32,000 nucleotides of DNA from Psychrobacter sp. DM4 (GTDB lineage: Bacteria > Pseudomonadota > Gammaproteobacteria > Pseudomonadales > Moraxellaceae). The notes under the pieces are model-generated. The model made no database searches. It was not told the origin of the DNA and was given only the letters and a program-made list of their open reading frames with translations. This document shows positions 27,367 to 32,000 of this stretch, piece by piece. Location of the stretch: the NCBI RefSeq assembly GCF_051307035.1, contig NZ_CP195536.1:2640001-2672000 (forward strand). Direction: 5' to 3'. The position numbers and the translations under genes were made by a program. Each line of letters opens with the position of its first letter. Within the stretch, counting starts at the first letter, position 1.

Positions 27367-28332
27367 TTATGAATTTAAACTACCGACTCGCTTTTGCAAA
27401 ACATAAATCACAAATTTGGCTGTCGTCTCAAACGGCTGGTCTTGACTTGTGGTCAGCAGCGCTTGGCGTTTGTCTATACGAGCGCGATAGGCATAAGGGG
27501 TCATAGTCAGTAAATCATCCAGCGCCGATGTCGATAGGTTCAACGTCGTACTAACCTGATGAGTGTGTAGCAGTGTAAAATAGGGCGCAAGCTCTACCAA
27601 GAACTTATCTGAATCATGGGCGCGCACCTCCTCAAACAAGGCGTTACGTACCGATGTAAGGTGATCAATGTCAGGTTTGGCAATGATCAAATAACCGTCC
27701 TCTTGCAGTACTTCAGCAAAAGCAGCTGGCAATATTGGGCTAAAGATACTGCTAATACCTGCCACGCTATTGCTACGCAACGGCAGATGCGCCGCGCTAG
27801 TGACTAGAGGATAGATAGGTGCTGTGCTCGCTGTTCCTTGGGCGTCTTTATCGTGTTGATACCATAGCTGACCTGCCACTTTGCTAGCTTTTGCTAGGCT
27901 TACGATAGCAGGCTTGCTAATATCAGCGGCTATTAATGCATCCATTCCTGTCTGCGCCATCGCCTGCGTGTAATAGCCTTCCCCGCAGCCGATATCTAAC
28001 CAATTAATATCGGACGCACTGTTATTGTATGCGTTGTTGTCTTTTGCTTCGTTTAACGCTCTTAGCAAGCCAGTCATTTGCTCACAAATGAGCATTTGTA
28101 GCGGCTGATAATGGCCCGCCTGCAAAAACCGCTTTCGAGCCTCGATAGAGTGCTGAGAATCCCCTGGCATTTTTGACTTTTTTTGTTGTACAGGTAGCAG
28201 GTTAATATAGCCTTGGCGCGCTACATCGAACGGGTGTGAGGTTTTTTTGGGATGCACGCTACCATCACAGCGCCAAGTGTCTGTCGCAGGCTTTAATGGA
28301 GAGTGACAAATAGGGCATACGAATAAGGACAC
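27367..28332 (-). CDS. rlmA: 23S rRNA (guanine745-N1)-methyltransferase
   Basis: It has an N-terminal Zn-ribbon (CPICHSPL...WRC), the conserved FDVARQGYINLLPVQQKKS...GDS and SAM motif I LDIGCGEGYY. It is about 50 aa longer than E. coli RlmA because of insertions. Confidence 0.85.
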   Translation of the reverse strand: MSLFVCPICHSPLKPATDTWRCDGSVHPKKTSHPFDVARQGYINLLPVQQKKSKMPGDSQHSIEARKRFLQAGHYQPLQMLICEQMTGLLRALNEAKDNNAYNNSASDINWLDIGCGEGYYTQAMAQTGMDALIAADISKPAIVSLAKASKVAGQLWYQHDKDAQGTASTAPIYPLVTSAAHLPLRSNSVAGISSIFSPILPAAFAEVLQEDGYLIIAKPDIDHLTSVRNALFEEVRAHDSDKFLVELAPYFTLLHTHQVSTTLNLSTSALDDLLTMTPYAYRARIDKRQALLTTSQDQPFETTAKFVIYVLQKRVGSLNS

Positions 28333-28395
28333 AGGTTTCTCTAAATCAGCACAATATGGCGCTTATCTTAACAAAATTTGCGATCGATAAACGAT

Positions 28396-28427
28396 AAAAA
28401 AGTCACTTTAGTATGATCTAAAGTGGC
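28396..28427 (-). terminator. Intrinsic terminator downstream of mraY
   Basis: The minus strand reads CACTTTAG-ATCATA-CTAAAGTG (8-bp stem) followed by ACTTTTTTAT. It lies 42 nt after the mraY stop codon. Confidence 0.8.
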
Positions 28428-28468
28428 TGTTATTAATAGCTGACTAAACGATTCTAACGCCGTATCCG

Positions 28469-29587
28469 TTATCGTAATTTTAAGGTCATTAGTCCCAATA
28501 TCACAAGCAAAATAGCAATGATCCAGAATCTAACCACTACTTGCGTCTCTTTCCAGCCAATCTCTTCAAAATGATGATGAAGCGGCGCCATACGAAAGAT
28601 ACGTTTTTTGCGTAGTTTATACGAGCCTACTTGTAGGATAACGGACAGGGCTTCGGCGACGAATAGACCGCCCATAATGGCAAAGGCGATCTCTTGGCGC
28701 GTCATGACTGCGATAGTACCAAGCATCGCGCCCAGTGATAATGCGCCGACATCACCCATAAATACCTGCGCTGGGTGAGCATTGAACCACAAGAACCCAA
28801 GACCTGCGCCTACCATCGCCCCGCAGACGATAATCACCTCAGAGTTATAAGGAATATAAGGCACATGTAAGTAGTCTGAGAATCGAATATCCCCTGATAC
28901 GTAAGCCATAGCGCCTAGACCTGCGGCAACCAACACAACTGGCAAGATAGCTAAACCATCTAAGCCATCGGTTAAGTTAACGGCGTTGGAGGCACCATTA
29001 ATCACAAAATAGGTAAAGATAATAAAGGCAATACCAAAGGGCACGGCTGAAAAAGGGATAACCCAGTCTTTGAATACAGGTAACAGCAGATCAACCATAC
29101 TGCGCGTGGTCGCTATGTCTGGCTGAAGCGTAGCAATATAATATAGTGAGGCGCCAACGAATATCGCCCCCATGGACAACCAAAAGTATTTTTTGCGCGC
29201 GATAAGTCCTGTTGGGTTCTTATGCTTAATTTTGAGCCAATCATCTGCCCAGCCAACCGCGCCAAAGATAATCATGACAATCAGCAAAATCCATATGTAG
29301 GGGTTACCTAAACGCGCCCATAGCAAGGTCGATATGCCAATAGCGCTAAGTATCAGCACCCCGCCCATCGTCGGCGTTCCTGTCTTGATAATATGCGACT
29401 GCGGCCCATCATCGCGGATGGCCTGACCGTACTTGAGGGTACGTAGATGCCGAATAACGGGTCCACCCAAAACTAAGCTAAACCCAAGCGCAGTCACAAC
29501 CGCTAATAGCGCGCGCAGGGTCAAAGATGATACCGCAGAGAACGGTGAGTAATACTGGCTAAGCCATTCAAACAACCAAACTAACAC
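28469..29587 (-). CDS. mraY: Phospho-N-acetylmuramoyl-pentapeptide transferase
   Basis: 372-aa polytopic ORF with MraY signatures ([28 protein letters not shown]). Its GTG start lies 3 nt after the murF stop, indicating translational coupling. Confidence 0.96.
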   Translation of the reverse strand: MLVWLFEWLSQYYSPFSAVSSLTLRALLAVVTALGFSLVLGGPVIRHLRTLKYGQAIRDDGPQSHIIKTGTPTMGGVLILSAIGISTLLWARLGNPYIWILLIVMIIFGAVGWADDWLKIKHKNPTGLIARKKYFWLSMGAIFVGASLYYIATLQPDIATTRSMVDLLLPVFKDWVIPFSAVPFGIAFIIFTYFVINGASNAVNLTDGLDGLAILPVVLVAAGLGAMAYVSGDIRFSDYLHVPYIPYNSEVIIVCGAMVGAGLGFLWFNAHPAQVFMGDVGALSLGAMLGTIAVMTRQEIAFAIMGGLFVAEALSVILQVGSYKLRKKRIFRMAPLHHHFEEIGWKETQVVVRFWIIAILLVILGLMTLKLR

Positions 29588-29590
29588 CGC

Positions 29591-31054
29591 CTACTCCTCG
29601 ACTAACGCATTGATAAGGGTTTCCATTGCCATAAAGCGAGACCCTTTGAATAAAACGGTACAAGGCTGTGCTTGCTGCGCTTGTAAATAGGTTTGCAAAT
29701 ACTGTAATAGACTGTCTTTGTCATCGAATGCATGGGCGTTGATATCACTAACTTCTTTGGCACCTGCGACAGTATAACGGGCATATTCGCCAACGCAGAG
29801 TAGCACATCGATACCTGTTGTAGCGATAGTGCGTCCCAAGCTTTGATGCTCACTCACCGCAGCATCACCAAGCTCACCGATATCCCCTAATACCATAATT
29901 TGTGTCCCTGTCTGCGCGGCCAGCACTTTAGCACCAGCGCGCACCGAATGCGGATTGGCGTTATAAGTGTCATCAATTAGGCGGTGCTTGCCGAGCATTT
30001 GACTATTTAAGCGACCTTTAGCTGGACGCGAGTTTTCAAGACCTGTAACGATATCATCAATACTGATATCTAAGGCATAAGCGCAAGCGGCGGCAGCTAG
30101 AGCGTTTTTGACATTGTGCTCACCTGCCAGCGGTAGATTGATATCGCGTACGTGTGTGCCAACATGCAATTTAAACTCACTACGCTCAGGCTCGACATCG
30201 AGATGGCTGGCGCTGACATCGGTATTACCAAAGCCGATGACATTGGTCGTATGCGTTTCAGCGATGCGCCGTAGCTGATTGGTAAAGTCATCTTTGTCCG
30301 GCACAATAGCGAACTGAGTGTCGCTTAACGTATGATAAATCTCAGCTTTGGTCTGGCAAATGCCCTCGCGGCTACCAAACTCGCCCAAATGCGCAGTCCC
30401 GATATTCAATATACAAGCCACATCGGGACGGACGATTTCGGTCGTGTAAGCAATCTCACCGATATGATTGGCACCCAGCTCCATAATGGCATAGCGGTGA
30501 TGATCAGATAACTCAAGGAGCATCATCGGCACGCCCAGATCGTTATTTAAATTGCCGCGCGTGATTAGCGTTGGCGCCAGCCTGCCAAAGATACTACCGA
30601 GCATCTCTTTACAAGTGGTCTTGCCACTAGAGCCTGTGATAGCTATCACCGTCAGATCAGTATGCTGCTGACGACGAAAAGCGGCTAATTGTCCTAGCGC
30701 TAAGCGTGTATCAGTGACGACCAATTGCGGAATACTCGTTGAGGTCGGATGCGATACAATAGCCGCGATAGCACCTTTGCTGGCTGCTAGGTTGATATAA
30801 TCATGACCATCAAAGTTGTCCCCACTTAGCGCCAAAAAGATATCACCCGTCTTAATCGTGCGAGTATCTGTAGCGATACGATTGCTCGTCACTTGACTGG
30901 CTGTGGCTTGGACGCTTGAGCCTGAATGATCGGATACGCTTGCATCCTGTAGCTGCCAATGGCCATCGAGTGCTGTAGTCGCGGCAAGTAGATTGTCCGC
31001 TTGCCAGACGTAGAGTCCTTGCGACTGAAGGGTGTTATCGTTGTCCGCTGTCAT
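29591..31054 (-). CDS. murF: UDP-N-acetylmuramoyl-tripeptide--D-alanyl-D-alanine ligase
   Basis: 487 aa with the Mur-ligase P-loop ITGSSGKTT. It sits in the murE-murF-mraY order, and its N-terminal domain carries a Ser-rich insertion. Confidence 0.93.
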   Translation of the reverse strand: MTADNDNTLQSQGLYVWQADNLLAATTALDGHWQLQDASVSDHSGSSVQATASQVTSNRIATDTRTIKTGDIFLALSGDNFDGHDYINLAASKGAIAAIVSHPTSTSIPQLVVTDTRLALGQLAAFRRQQHTDLTVIAITGSSGKTTCKEMLGSIFGRLAPTLITRGNLNNDLGVPMMLLELSDHHRYAIMELGANHIGEIAYTTEIVRPDVACILNIGTAHLGEFGSREGICQTKAEIYHTLSDTQFAIVPDKDDFTNQLRRIAETHTTNVIGFGNTDVSASHLDVEPERSEFKLHVGTHVRDINLPLAGEHNVKNALAAAACAYALDISIDDIVTGLENSRPAKGRLNSQMLGKHRLIDDTYNANPHSVRAGAKVLAAQTGTQIMVLGDIGELGDAAVSEHQSLGRTIATTGIDVLLCVGEYARYTVAGAKEVSDINAHAFDDKDSLLQYLQTYLQAQQAQPCTVLFKGSRFMAMETLINALVEE

Positions 31055-31158
31055 AGGAGTTACCTTATAAAATGGCGACTATTTTAATATAAACTGTCTT
31101 AAAAATTTTGTGGTCATTAGGCTAAAGGTTAAGTACATAAATACTAGGTATGCACCTA

Positions 31159-32000
31159 TCAGGCGCGACCGGATTCATTAAGCGCTTGCGCTAAGACCAC
31201 ACTGTCATCAAAGTCATGACGTACATGATTGATCTCTTGATACGTTTCATGGCCTTTACCTGCGATCACTACAATGTCATTGGGCTTGGCATGAGTCACC
31301 GCATAGTCAATCGCTTGCTGACGCACAGGTTCAATATGCGTGCGCTGATATTGCGCCTCTGTCATGCCCGTCTGCATGTCTTGCAATATTACATTGGGGT
31401 CTTCGGTGCGCGGATTATCTGCGGTCAATACCACCCTATCCGCCCCTGATAATCCAGCTTGCGCCATCAAAGGACGCTTACCAGCATCACGATCACCGCC
31501 GCAGCCAAATACCGCCCATAACTGCCCGTCGCAATGCGTTCTTAGACTACTGAGCACTTGACTCAAAGCATCGGGGGTGTGCGCATAATCAACGATGAAG
31601 CAACCCGCAGTCGATGGCACGCGTTGCATACGTCCGATAGCGCCTTGTAGTTCAGGCACAGCGCTCGCAATACGATGGATATCTACACCCAAAGCGACAA
31701 CGGCAGCAATAGCGGCGAGTAAATTGGCGACATTAAAAAGTCCTAGTAAGGGGCTGACAATATTAATATCCCCAAACTCGCTATGCAAGGCGATCTCGAC
31801 ACCGTCAAGGCTAGGCTCAATGCGAGTTGCCATAAAAGTTGCTGACTTTTCAGGCTGCAAGCTATACGTCCATACAATAAGATCACTCGCTTTCGCTGTA
31901 TCTATCATAATTTGCGCATGCTCATCATCGCTGTTGATAATGGCATGAGTCAGCGCTGGAAAGTGTACTTTGTCAAACAATCTTGCTTTTGCCTGCGCAT
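31159..32000 (-). CDS. murE: UDP-N-acetylmuramoyl-L-alanyl-D-glutamate--2,6-diaminopimelate ligase, C-terminal part (5' end beyond the right edge)
   Basis: It contains the MurE motifs DYAHTPDAL, GCGGDRD and DNPR (the meso-DAP specificity motif). The frame stays open through 31981-32000 (..AQAKAR..), so the TTG 'start' in the track is internal. Confidence 0.93.
   Translation of the reverse strand, partial: AQAKARLFDKVHFPALTHAIINSDDEHAQIMIDTAKASDLIVWTYSLQPEKSATFMATRIEPSLDGVEIALHSEFGDINIVSPLLGLFNVANLLAAIAAVVALGVDIHRIASAVPELQGAIGRMQRVPSTAGCFIVDYAHTPDALSQVLSSLRTHCDGQLWAVFGCGGDRDAGKRPLMAQAGLSGADRVVLTADNPRTEDPNVILQDMQTGMTEAQYQRTHIEPVRQQAIDYAVTHAKPNDIVVIAGKGHETYQEINHVRHDFDDSVVLAQALNESGRA

Overview
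This 32-kb chromosomal window comes from an AT-leaning gammaproteobacterium. Gene order and protein sequences look Moraxellaceae/Psychrobacter-like, but that is my inference and no search was run. Most of it is housekeeping. (i) The minus-strand F1Fo ATP synthase operon atpI-B-E-F-H-A-G (atpG truncated) spans 1-5445. (ii) The zinc uptake locus znuA <-> zur-znuC-znuB spans 5632-8859, with a perfect Zur-box palindrome in the divergent spacer. (iii) A CpdA-like metallophosphoesterase and dksA-gluQ span 9026-11743. (iv) The dcw cell-wall genes murE(partial)-murF-mraY (28469-32000) and murD-ftsW (11874-14684) lie on the minus strand in canonical order, but 13.8 kb of unrelated genes separates them. 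That block carries SulP-USP, glnK-amtB, a DUF2147 protein, a secreted DRGH nuclease with a coupled small acidic ORF, tRNA-Ser(GGA), a PaaI thioesterase, a BLUF photoreceptor with a C-terminal TM anchor, an orphan lipoprotein, a DUF218/ElyC-like protein, cardiolipin synthase and rlmA. I saw no CRISPR array, transposase, integrase, phage genes or recognisable defence system. The most unusual signal is non-coding. The 765-bp gap at 23399-24163 holds diverged ~65-bp modules whose hairpins fold well only on the minus strand and place AAGGAUG/GAGGAUG in their loops, which suggests a CsrA/RsmA-sponge sRNA. An 8-unit heptanucleotide repeat and a 21-bp perfect palindrome lie next to them. Other points worth a second look are the tail-anchored BLUF protein, the nuclease plus small ORF as a possible nuclease-inhibitor pair, and the split dcw cluster. 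All functional calls rest on motif recognition by eye and should be confirmed by HMM/BLAST.
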